The notes under the pieces were generated by a model. That model searched no databases. It was not told the DNA's origin and was given only the letters and a program-made list of their open reading frames with translations. Below are positions 1-8,287 of a stretch of 43,796 bases of DNA, in pieces. The position numbers and the translations under genes are program-made. Source of the DNA: Pseudomonadota bacterium. Lineage in GTDB: Bacteria; Bdellovibrionota_G; JALEGL01; DATDPG01. The first letter of the stretch is position 1. Each line of letters opens with the position of its first letter. The DNA is taken from assembly GCA_043809315.1 (NCBI GenBank), contig JAZDDX010000012.1, forward strand, positions 1 to 43,796, in the 5' to 3' direction.

Positions 1-83
1 TCGAGAATGGCATTGAACCCCCCCGCCGAAGTGATGGTCGGAGTGGTCAGGCTGGGGCCGGTATCACCTTTCAAGAGTCCCAT
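1..83 (-). CDS. N-terminal fragment of a protein running off the window, possibly a bactofilin (polymer-forming cytoskeletal protein)
   Basis: ATG at 83-81 preceded by an AAGGAG SD; translates MGLLKGDTGPSLTTPTITSAGGFNAIL. The bactofilin guess rests on the NAIL start of a possible beta-helix and the position downstream of parB, as in Myxococcus; only 27 codons are visible. Confidence 0.45.
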   Translation of the reverse strand, partial: MGLLKGDTGPSLTTPTITSAGGFNAIL

Positions 84-119
84 TTCGATCTCCTTGTTGA
101 ACAGACTTCGTGCCGTGGG

Positions 120-149
120 GTGGTAGTCAAAAACCCCCTAAGGTGTCAA
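120..149 (-). promoter_or_regulatory. Possible sigma70 promoter for the gene starting at 83
   Basis: TTGACA (149-144), 18-nt spacer, TACCAC (125-120). Confidence 0.35.
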
Positions 150-168
150 GAAGTTATCGGTCCGGGTT

Positions 169-891
169 TTAGTCCTTGAAAACCAGGTAGGAGGTGGCGC
201 CGATGGTCGTTGTTTTCGTCTTCTCCGGGGTGGGGTTGGAAGCATCGTAGTAAATCCAGTGAAGTTCCCCGATCGGAACGGTTTCCTTGGGAGTGAATAT
301 GTACGGCTCTTTTTCGGTCAGGGCCCCGAACACGTCGGGGGAATAGGCAAGACGGAACACCTTTCTTCCCGGAGCTTGGAACATGATCTCTCCGGACAAG
401 CCCCCGACCCGGACAAACTCCGTATCGTCGTAGGGACCGAAGTAGACTTTCTCCCGCTCGCACGCTTCCTGACTGGTCCAATCGTCTCCGAGCCGCATTA
501 CGGCAAGTGTCAGGGCCTTTTCATACCCCGTCTCCGGCGGCAGCGGCTTCCCGGTGGCGAGGTCCGTCATCGTTACGCGCGCCTTCCCGAAACGAAAATG
601 CATCGTCTTCGCACAATAATCCCGGTGGGTACCTTGGTATTGCTTGCTTTCCACCCACCCCGTGGCTTCCGTCTCGTACTCGAGAAACAGGTCGACACGA
701 AACTCTCCCTTGAACTCCTTGTTTGGATGCACGACGCACCACGGAACCCCCGGCTGACAGTCGCCGTCATCCAGATACCCTGTCTTCGCGAGATCGATCG
801 TTCCCGAAACGTGTTGGCGCCGTGTTTCAGCGGCGGCGGAAAGAGCGATCAGCAGGAACAGGGCCGAAAGCAACTTCGATATTTTCGTCAT
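169..891 (-). CDS. Hypothetical exported protein, 240 aa
   Basis: Signal peptide MTKISKLLSALFLLIALSAAA; GGAG SD upstream; protein-like composition with four Cys; no family recognised. Confidence 0.75.
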   Translation of the reverse strand: MTKISKLLSALFLLIALSAAAETRRQHVSGTIDLAKTGYLDDGDCQPGVPWCVVHPNKEFKGEFRVDLFLEYETEATGWVESKQYQGTHRDYCAKTMHFRFGKARVTMTDLATGKPLPPETGYEKALTLAVMRLGDDWTSQEACEREKVYFGPYDDTEFVRVGGLSGEIMFQAPGRKVFRLAYSPDVFGALTEKEPYIFTPKETVPIGELHWIYYDASNPTPEKTKTTTIGATSYLVFKD

Positions 892-942
892 CGGTTTCTC
901 TCCATCTCGAAACCTTCAAGAACCGTTTTACAACGCCGCGTG

Positions 943-2070
943 TTATCGCGGCGCCGGTTTCGGTGTCAAGGGCTCCCTCGTCCGCGTTGCATCTGCCCGG
1001 GCGACCGAGTGGAGGTAGGCCGAAAGGGCGTTGAGCCCCCCGCCAACAGCTCCAAAGAGTCCCAACTTGACCAACCCCGCCCGAATCGCCCAACGTTCGT
1101 GCTAGGTCAGATCGATCCGCTCGGAACATTCCGAGATCAGGCTGAACAGCTCCGCCCCTTCGTCAAACAGGCCCGGGATTCCGATCTTCGACCAGTCCGG
1201 TTTCGACGAGAAGAGAAAGACTCGCGAGACGACGGCGAGATAGAGGAAGAAGACTGCGAACGGGTCGAGATAATCGACCGCTGCGGGGTCTCTCCCAGAC
1301 TCTTTCCGGCTCCTCTGGTGAACGAGCGCCTGGAGCCCCGCCGCCACCGCGGAGGCAGGTAACATCAGGTTTCCAACCCCGGCTGCGAGGATCTTCCACA
1401 TTTGAGGATTCGAAAGACACCGCCGGATCGTCTCCCCGGATTCCAAGACTCGTTCCAGAATATCTCCGCCGAGGCCGCTCGCCTGGAGAACCAGGGCGCC
1501 GTAGGCATTCAGCAGAACGGTCAGTTCCTGTCTGAGGCCGGCATCTTTCCGGATCGTTCGCGTCAACTGTTCCATCGAAAGATTCGAAAGGGCGTGCGTC
1601 GCAAGAAAGTCGGCCATCAGGATCTCGAGGCCGATGATCGTCGCGGACGTTTCAAGTAGGTCGGATTGCGGCGCTTTCGGCGCAACGTACGTCGACGAGC
1701 GCGGGGCAACGTAAAACCCTTCCGCGGTCAATTGGTTCGCTCTTGCCACCCGGATGCTGAGCGAGTCGAACTGATCTTTGAAGATTCGGTCGACTTCCTT
1801 CATCCATTTCTCGTCGAACTCGCTCGACGCTTCGACCGCTTCGTTCCAAACCATGGCGAGCGGTTTCCGATTGGCAATGGCTCCGGCGGCCAGGGTACCT
1901 ACAAATAGCGCGGCCCCCGCTGCCCCTACGGCCGCCTCCCAGGTTAGCGGCGAGAGAACGATCTGCCACTGTGCCTCGGCACGATTGCTTTTCGAAAATG
2001 GTACCGGAGCAACGGCAACCGCCGCCACAACAAGCACTGCCGTCGTTTTCTTGAAGAAACGTAAATTCAT
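943..2070 (-). pseudogene. Hypothetical exported/membrane protein interrupted by one in-frame TAG at 1104-1102 (alternatively an intact CDS ending at 1102)
   Basis: Signal-like N-terminus MNLRFFKKTTAVLVVAAVAVAP from ATG 2070 and several hydrophobic helices. After the TAG the same frame continues for 52 codons (HERWAIRAGLVKLGLFGAVGGGLNALSAYLHSVARADATRTREPLTPKPAPR) to TAA at 945-943. Confidence 0.6.
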
Positions 2071-2117
2071 CACGTGCAACCCTGGGCTTCAACGATTGGG
2101 AAAAACCTTGGCTTGTT

Positions 2118-3011
2118 CTACCGCGTCCCGATCAACCGGTCGGTCAGGCGCTTCAAGTCTTCGGGGGCGTAATACTGGATCCGGATCTCCCCCCCCTTCC
2201 CTTTCGCCGTCACCTCGACTCGCGTTCCGAGCGCGCGCTGGAGTTCATCGGAAAGGTGCCGCAGATTCGCGTCCCCACGAACCTGATCGGTCAGTCTCCG
2301 GGCCCCGGGGGCCAGCTGTTTGAGCATCGACCGGACCAGATTCTCGACCTGCCGGACCGACAACCCCTCGCTTTCGATCTTGTGGGCCAGTGCTTCTTGT
2401 CTCCGTCCATCTTCGATCGGAAGAAGCGCCCTCGCATGCCCCATCGAAAGCGCTCCCCCGGCCAGCATCTCCTGGACCGCCGGCGGAAGTTTCAGCAAAC
2501 GCAGAAGATTCGAAACGGTGCTTCGCTCTTTCCCGACCCGCGCCGCGATCTCTTCTTGGGTCAGGTTGAACTCGCGCGAGAGGCGGTCGTACCCCGACGC
2601 CTCCTCGATCGGGTTCAGGTCTTCGCGCTGCAAATTCTCCGTCAGCGAAAGTTCGAGTTGGTCCTGATCGTTCCCGCTCCGGAAGACCACCGGTACTCGC
2701 TCGAGCCCCGCCCGCTTGGCGGCACGAAGCCGTCGTTCCCCGGCGATCAGCTCGTACCCCGCATCCGTCTTTCGGACGACGAGTGGTTGAAGGATGCCGT
2801 TCCGCCGAACCGACTGTGTCAGCTCTTCGAGCGCCGCCTCGGAGAAGCGCCTCCGCGGCTGCCGCGGGTTCACGCGGATCGACGCCGTCGGGACCTCCGT
2901 CTCCGGCGCAGGTTCCCCAACGGTTGTTTCAGTCCGTGGCGGTTGGGCCGGCCGATAGACCGGGATCAGCGACGAGATCCCTCGTCCCAGCACTTTCCTT
3001 GGCTCGCTCAT
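2118..3011 (-). CDS. parB: Chromosome partitioning CTPase ParB
   Basis: N-terminal LGRGISSLI ParA-activating motif, GILQPLVVR, IAGERRLRA arginine patch, ENLQREDLNPIEEA, HTH; AGGAGG SD. Confidence 0.98.
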   Translation of the reverse strand: MSEPRKVLGRGISSLIPVYRPAQPPRTETTVGEPAPETEVPTASIRVNPRQPRRRFSEAALEELTQSVRRNGILQPLVVRKTDAGYELIAGERRLRAAKRAGLERVPVVFRSGNDQDQLELSLTENLQREDLNPIEEASGYDRLSREFNLTQEEIAARVGKERSTVSNLLRLLKLPPAVQEMLAGGALSMGHARALLPIEDGRRQEALAHKIESEGLSVRQVENLVRSMLKQLAPGARRLTDQVRGDANLRHLSDELQRALGTRVEVTAKGKGGEIRIQYYAPEDLKRLTDRLIGTR

Positions 3012-3798
3012 TCGTTCCTCCTACTGAAATTGTTTTGCCTCGCCGCAAAAATTCTTCAGCCAGCGCCAGATACGCCTGCGCACCGGCCGAGCGGATGTCG
3101 TACAACAGAATCGGTTTTCCAAAACTCGGCGCCTCCGAGAGGCGAACGTTCCTCGGGATCCGAGTCTCCCAAAGCTTCGGCCCGAAATGATCGCTTACCT
3201 CTTTTGCAACCTGATGCGCGAGGTTGTTTCGTCGGTCGAACATCGTCAGAACGATTCCCTCGAGGGATAGTTTCGGATTCAGGCTTCGTGCGACCAAATC
3301 GATCGTTCCGACGAGGCGCCCAAGCCCTTCGAGCGCGAAGTACTCGCACTGAAGCGGCACCAGCACGCTGTCGGCGGCCGTCAGCGCGTTCACGGTGAGC
3401 AGGCTCAAAGACGGCGGACAGTCGATCAGAATGTATTCGTATTCCTCCGCGACCGACGCGAGCGCGCTCTTCAATAGCGACTCCCTCTCCGGCAGATCGA
3501 GCGCCTCGATCTCGAATCCGATCAGGTCGGCGGTGGCCGGAAGAATCTTCAGGTGCGGAATGGCCGTTTCGTAAATTACTTCGCGGATCGGACGTTCCCC
3601 GAGGAGGACGTGATAGATCTGTTTCGACTCGACGTCGGGACCTCCGACCCCAACCCCGCTCGATGCGTTCCCTTGCGGGTCGATGTCGACCAAAAGAGTC
3701 TTCCGCTCGAGCGCGCCGAGCGACGCCGCCAGATTGACGGCGGTGGTCGTTTTTCCCACCCCCCCCTTCTGGTTCGCGACGGCAATGATTCTTCCCAT
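2929..3798 (-). CDS. parA: Chromosome partitioning ATPase ParA/Soj
   Basis: NQKGGVGKTTT deviant Walker A, DIDPQGNAS, IDCPPSL, IPRNVRLSEAPSFG. ATG at 3798 overlaps the upstream TGA (TGATG). Confidence 0.97.
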   Translation of the reverse strand: MGRIIAVANQKGGVGKTTTAVNLAASLGALERKTLLVDIDPQGNASSGVGVGGPDVESKQIYHVLLGERPIREVIYETAIPHLKILPATADLIGFEIEALDLPERESLLKSALASVAEEYEYILIDCPPSLSLLTVNALTAADSVLVPLQCEYFALEGLGRLVGTIDLVARSLNPKLSLEGIVLTMFDRRNNLAHQVAKEVSDHFGPKLWETRIPRNVRLSEAPSFGKPILLYDIRSAGAQAYLALAEEFLRRGKTISVGGTNERAKESAGTRDLVADPGLSAGPTATD

Positions 3799-4229
3799 CA
3801 CCGCCATCCTTCCGGTCTGTCTTTTTGCCTGGTCAGTTCGTTTTCGAGGATTTTGACGTACGCCTCAAGGTCGGCGACTTCCTGTTTCTTTTCCGACAAG
3901 AGCTGTTCCCGTTCTTTGAGGCGAATGTCTTTTTCGGCGATCAGTTTCTCGCTCATCAGGAGATAGTGATGAAGGGCCTTGCTCGAAAACTCGACGATGC
4001 TCGTAACGTTCGATCCTTGCGGCGCCACAAGCGTCGCCGAGTGAAGATCGTCAACCTCTTCCCGAAGCGTCGGTTCCGGGGCTGCAGAAACCGCCCCGTC
4101 GGGGGGTTGGATATACCAATGCTTGCCGAATTTTTTGGCGAAAAGACGCCCTTCCTGGATCTGCCGACGGACCGTCGAGATCGAGACCCCCATCCGATCC
4201 GTGTATTCACGAATGGAGTACCAGCTCAT
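3798..4229 (-). CDS. MerR/excisionase-like (HTH_17-type) helix-turn-helix protein with C-terminal coiled coil
   Basis: YSIREYTDRMGVSISTVRRQIQEGRLFAKKFGKHWYI is a winged-HTH pattern; heptad-rich tail EKDIRLKEREQLLSEKKQEVADLEAYVKILENEL. Confidence 0.85.
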   Translation of the reverse strand: MSWYSIREYTDRMGVSISTVRRQIQEGRLFAKKFGKHWYIQPPDGAVSAAPEPTLREEVDDLHSATLVAPQGSNVTSIVEFSSKALHHYLLMSEKLIAEKDIRLKEREQLLSEKKQEVADLEAYVKILENELTRQKDRPEGWR

Positions 4230-4297
4230 ATTCTTGAATACCTATCTGACCACGTTGCGATGCGCCAGTTAAATCTTCTTGTTTTTATCTCAGACAC

Positions 4298-6166
4298 TTA
4301 GGCGTGGCGTTCTGAACGAAATTTGCGCAAATAAATACTCAAAACTCCGATCGCGGCGGGGGTCACGCCGGAGATCCGGGAGGCTTGCCCGAGAGTCCTC
4401 GGTTGATGTCGGATCAGCTTCTCCCGAACTTCAAACGAAATGCTCGGCAGGGTCTGAAAGTCAAAGTCGTCGGGGATCTCCTCCCCCTCGTCCCGAAGAG
4501 CCCTGGCGATCTCCTCCCTCTCCCGCACCAGATATCCTTCGTATTTGACCGAGATCTCGACCTGCTCCGCGACGGCCGGGTCGGTCCCTTCGAGCTCCGG
4601 CTCCAGGCCGACAAGCGTCCCCCAGGTCACTTCGGGGCGGCGGAGAAGTTCGGCTAAGCGGGTCGGCGTCCGGATTGGTGGGATCTGGAGGTTGGCGAAA
4701 CGGTCACGCGTTTCCCGTGTTGGCTTGAGGGTCTTGCGGTTGATCCGCCCCGTTACCTGCGCGAGCTCCGTCATCTTTCTCTGGAAAAGGTTGTCGACTT
4801 CCGTGGTGATCAAACCAAGACGTTTTGCGTGCGGGTGCAGCCGTTGATCGGCGTTATCCTCGCGCAGGGCAAGGCGGTGCTCGGCACGAGAGGTGAACAT
4901 CCGGTACGGTTCCGTGACCCCCTTCGTGACCAGATCGTCGATCAGAACCCCGATGTACCCCTCCCCCCGCTGGAGAACAAACCGGTCTTTTCCTCCCAAG
5001 GAGAGAGCCGCATTGATCCCGGCAACGACCCCCTGGGCTCCGGCCTCTTCGTACCCGGTCGTGCCGTTGATCTGTCCCGCATGGAACAGTCCGCGGATTT
5101 TCTTCGTCTCCAACCACGGCTCGAGTTCGGTCGGATCGACGTAGTCGTATTCGATTGCATATCCAGGTCGCAGCACCTCGACTTTCTCGAGCCCCCGGAT
5201 CGTCTGGAGAAAATCGACCTGGACCGAAAGTGGCAAAGAGTTGGAAAGTCCGTTCGGGTAGACCTCCTGCGTGGAGAGCCCTTCCGGTTCCAGGAAGATC
5301 TGGTGACTCCCCTTCTCCGAAAATCGGACCACCTTGTCCTCGATGCTAGGACAGTACCTAGGTCCAATTCCGAAAATTTTTCCTCCATATAGTGCTGATT
5401 TAGATAAATTATTTCGAATGATTGCGTGTGTCTTCTCGTTTGTGTGGGTAATGTGACACGATATTTGTCGCTGAAGTGGGGCGTTATGGAAAAAAGAAAA
5501 CGTTCTTGGTGGCACATCTCCACGTTGTTCTTCTAGGTCGTCATAACAAATTGTTTTTACATCTAATCTTGGCACTGTTCCGGTCTTGAGACGTCCCACT
5601 TTTAACCCGTTTTGAGTCAAACTGTCGGAAAGATGGGTTGATGGCTGATCCCCCGCCCTACCCGCCCGCTCCCGGTAGTCGCCGATGTGGATCAGACCGT
5701 TCAGAAACGTTCCGCTGCAGATTGCGGTAGCTCCCGCTCGGAGTTCCTCCCCCGTTTGGGTTCGAACGCCAAGGCAGCGCCCCCGCTCTACCAACAGGTC
5801 GGCCGCCATTCCCTGTTTCACGTGAAGCAATTTGTGGTTTTCAAGCCGTCCTTTCATCCTTCGGACATAGAGTTGGCTGTCGGCTTGCGCTCGAGAGGAC
5901 CAAACGGCTGGCCCTTTCTTCGTGTTGAGGCGACGGAACTGAATCCCGGTCTCATCGATCGCTCTCCCCATCTCGCCACCGAGCGCGTCGATCTCCTTCA
6001 CCAGATGCCCTTTTCCAACCCCCCCGATTGCTGGGTTACAAGACATGTGACCAATCCGCTCGGGGTTGCTCGTCAGAAGGCAGACCTGTGCCCCCATCCG
6101 AGCAGCGGCTGCGGACGCTTCGATGCCGGCATGCCCGGCACCTACGACCAGAACGTCAAACTTCAT
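4298..6166 (-). CDS. mnmG: tRNA uridine-5-carboxymethylaminomethyl(34) synthesis enzyme MnmG (GidA)
   Basis: [14 protein letters not shown] motif, [50 protein letters not shown] at 6166 lies in an ATGA overlap with the upstream gene. Confidence 0.98.
   Translation of the reverse strand: MKFDVLVVGAGHAGIEASAAAARMGAQVCLLTSNPERIGHMSCNPAIGGVGKGHLVKEIDALGGEMGRAIDETGIQFRRLNTKKGPAVWSSRAQADSQLYVRRMKGRLENHKLLHVKQGMAADLLVERGRCLGVRTQTGEELRAGATAICSGTFLNGLIHIGDYRERAGRAGDQPSTHLSDSLTQNGLKVGRLKTGTVPRLDVKTICYDDLEEQRGDVPPRTFSFFHNAPLQRQISCHITHTNEKTHAIIRNNLSKSALYGGKIFGIGPRYCPSIEDKVVRFSEKGSHQIFLEPEGLSTQEVYPNGLSNSLPLSVQVDFLQTIRGLEKVEVLRPGYAIEYDYVDPTELEPWLETKKIRGLFHAGQINGTTGYEEAGAQGVVAGINAALSLGGKDRFVLQRGEGYIGVLIDDLVTKGVTEPYRMFTSRAEHRLALREDNADQRLHPHAKRLGLITTEVDNLFQRKMTELAQVTGRINRKTLKPTRETRDRFANLQIPPIRTPTRLAELLRRPEVTWGTLVGLEPELEGTDPAVAEQVEISVKYEGYLVREREEIARALRDEGEEIPDDFDFQTLPSISFEVREKLIRHQPRTLGQASRISGVTPAAIGVLSIYLRKFRSERHA
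5814..5829. promoter_or_regulatory. parS site inside mnmG
   Basis: TGTTTCACGTGAAGCA, 1 mismatch to the consensus palindrome TGTTTCACGTGAAACA. Confidence 0.85.
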
Positions 6167-6897
6167 TCCTTGATGGTGCTCCGGGGAGCGTAATACCTGT
6201 TTCGGACTGAAATTCCAGGGTAGACGAGACACTTCTTCCCGAGGAGGGCGCCGGGGTTCAGAACCGAGTTACACCCGGTCTGGCACCCGTCGCCGAGAAT
6301 CGCCCCCATCTTCCGGAGGCCGGTCTTGACCTTCTCCTCCCCGAAGTGGACGACCACTTCGTCGTTCGTGATCTTCAAATTCGAAATCTTCGTCCCGGCC
6401 CCGAGGTTCACGTTCGCTCCAAGGATCGCGTCCCCGACGTAGGCGAAATGCGGGGCTTTGGCTCCGTTCAAAAAGAGAGAGCTTTTTACTTCGGAGGTAT
6501 GGCCGATCACACATCCCTCCCCCGTCGCGACCCCGCCGCGAACGTAGGCGCCGTGTCGAACGGCGGTCCCCTCCCCGAGGATCGTCGGTCCCGCCACCCA
6601 GGCCCCCGCCTCGATGATCGTCCCGTTCCGAAGTTCGATCTCGTCCCCGACCAGATAGCTCCCCGCCTCGACCGTCGCGGTTTCTTTTCCGGATTGGATC
6701 GTTGTCGTCTTGAGAACCAGCGACCCCTCTCTCGGAACGGTCGAGACGTTCCCCTTCAGTCGTTTCCGGATCCACTCCTCTTTGAGTTTCGGAGCGAGAA
6801 CCCCCCAGACATTTTCGGATGCCGAAAAGATCTCGGCGAACCAAAGGCCGGTGAGGTCGAAATAGTGGCTTGTGAGATTTGTTTCACGTGAAACCAT
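6163..6897 (-). CDS. Left-handed beta-helix (hexapeptide repeat) acetyltransferase resembling the C-terminal domain of GlmU / sugar-1-phosphate nucleotidyltransferases
   Basis: Hexapeptide repeats; [28 protein letters not shown] and [22 protein letters not shown]; no N-terminal nucleotidyltransferase GxG(T)R motif. Confidence 0.88.
   Translation of the reverse strand: MVSRETNLTSHYFDLTGLWFAEIFSASENVWGVLAPKLKEEWIRKRLKGNVSTVPREGSLVLKTTTIQSGKETATVEAGSYLVGDEIELRNGTIIEAGAWVAGPTILGEGTAVRHGAYVRGGVATGEGCVIGHTSEVKSSLFLNGAKAPHFAYVGDAILGANVNLGAGTKISNLKITNDEVVVHFGEEKVKTGLRKMGAILGDGCQTGCNSVLNPGALLGKKCLVYPGISVRNRYYAPRSTIKE
6880..6895. promoter_or_regulatory. parS site over the first codons of the LbH gene
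   Basis: TGTTTCACGTGAAACC, 1 mismatch to consensus; encodes (M)VSRET on the minus strand. Confidence 0.9.
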
Positions 6898-6906
6898 GGC
6901 GCGATC

Positions 6907-8277
6907 CTACTTCCCGATACAGAAACGGGAAAATATTTCGTCGAGAATCGTTTCGATTCCCTCCTCTTTTCCGATGATTCGCGACGCCGCCCGATAGGCC
7001 TGGCGAAACTCGAACGCCACGAATTCCGGCGAAGCCCCTTTCTTCCATTCCTTTTTCCCTTTTTCGACCGCCGCGAGAACCGTGTCGAGAAGCTCCCGTT
7101 GTCGGTCGTTCGCAATTCCCCCCTCGGCAATCACCTCGCTTGCCTCCCGCGCCGCTGTTCCGATCGCTTCCCGAAGTTCTTTGATTCCATCGCCGCGGAG
7201 GGCGGAAACGGCGTGGTCGCTCGAATTTCTTGTCCCGGCGGAACCCGTGTGCCTTCGGTCGATTTTGTTCGCCACTCGCCAAAGCTTGTTTGTGGGTAGT
7301 TTTGAGAGGAATTGCTGATCTTCGGGGGTGAGGCCTTCGTCGGCTGCAAAAACCAAAAGAACCAGGTCGGCGCGTTCGCTCTCCGTGGTCGCGCGCTCGA
7401 TTCCGATTTTTTCGATCGCATCGCCGGTTTTTGTTCGCAATCCTGCCGTGTCGATCAGGCGAACGCGACGTCCGGAAAGAATCAACTCCTCACGAAGAAC
7501 GTCGCGCGTGGTTCCGGGCTGCGCGGTCACGATCGCCCGATCCGAAGAGAGTAGGGCGTTGAAGAGAGAGGACTTCCCGACATTCGGCCGCCCGACGATC
7601 GCGACCGAAAAACCGTCCTGAAGTCTGCGGTTTGAGTCGTATGTCGAGCGCAGGCGCCGCGCAAGCGTTTGTATTTGTTCTGTTTTTGTCGTTATTTTCG
7701 TTTTCTTCTCTTCCGGAAGTTCTTCCTCCGGAAAGTCAACGCTCGCTTCCAGGGTCGCGAGAAGGGCGATTGTTTTTTCACGTAACGTCTCGACGACTTC
7801 GGAAAGTCTTCCATCCAGCCGTCGTCGGGCGCTCTCCGCCTCCGCTTCCGACTGCGCGTGGATCATCTCCGCGACCGCCTCCGCCTGTACGAGGTCGATC
7901 TTTCCGTTCAAGAATGCGCGCCTCGTGAACTCCCCTGGCCCTGCGAGCCTTGCCCCGTGCGCGAGCGCAAGCGACACGATCTCCGAGAGAACCACCGGAC
8001 TTCCGTGCGTCTGGATTTCGACGACCTCTTCTCCGGTGTAGGAGTTCGGTGCCGCCATTCGGACGGCGAGCCCGTCGTCGAGCTCTTTTCCGTTTTCGTC
8101 GCGAACGACGCCGTAAAACATCTCGTGCGACGGCCAGGGGAGGGGCGGGGGCGTTTTCGGAACGAAGATCTGTCGTGCGATTTCCGCTGCCTGCGACCCC
8201 GAAAGGCGCACGATCCCGACGCCGCCGCGGCCGGGGGCCGTGGCGACCGCCACGATCGTCTCCGGCGCGGCCGTCAT
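6907..8277 (-). CDS. mnmE: tRNA modification GTPase MnmE (TrmE)
   Basis: TIVAVATAPGRGGVGIVRLSG, SYTGEEVVEIQTHG, GRPNVGKSS, PGTTRD, DTAG, NKID, C-terminal FCIGK. Start taken at ATG 8277, after the khpB stop. Confidence 0.98.
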   Translation of the reverse strand: MTAAPETIVAVATAPGRGGVGIVRLSGSQAAEIARQIFVPKTPPPLPWPSHEMFYGVVRDENGKELDDGLAVRMAAPNSYTGEEVVEIQTHGSPVVLSEIVSLALAHGARLAGPGEFTRRAFLNGKIDLVQAEAVAEMIHAQSEAEAESARRRLDGRLSEVVETLREKTIALLATLEASVDFPEEELPEEKKTKITTKTEQIQTLARRLRSTYDSNRRLQDGFSVAIVGRPNVGKSSLFNALLSSDRAIVTAQPGTTRDVLREELILSGRRVRLIDTAGLRTKTGDAIEKIGIERATTESERADLVLLVFAADEGLTPEDQQFLSKLPTNKLWRVANKIDRRHTGSAGTRNSSDHAVSALRGDGIKELREAIGTAAREASEVIAEGGIANDRQRELLDTVLAAVEKGKKEWKKGASPEFVAFEFRQAYRAASRIIGKEEGIETILDEIFSRFCIGK

Positions 8278-8287
8278 CGTTCGATTC

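Noticed and set aside
1102-1104. Genome-wide TAG reassignment or pyrrolysine
   Set aside because: TAG ends conserved genes at their expected C-termini (parB, mnmE, yidC, dnaN, hemL), and no pyl genes are in the window.
2071-2095. Sigma54 promoter for the gene starting at 2070
   Set aside because: TTGCA is present, but the -24 position reads GAAGCC and lacks the invariant GG.
3798-4229. HTH gene as a prophage excisionase marking a mobile element
   Set aside because: No integrase, att repeats or phage genes nearby; it has a long coiled coil and is coupled to parA.
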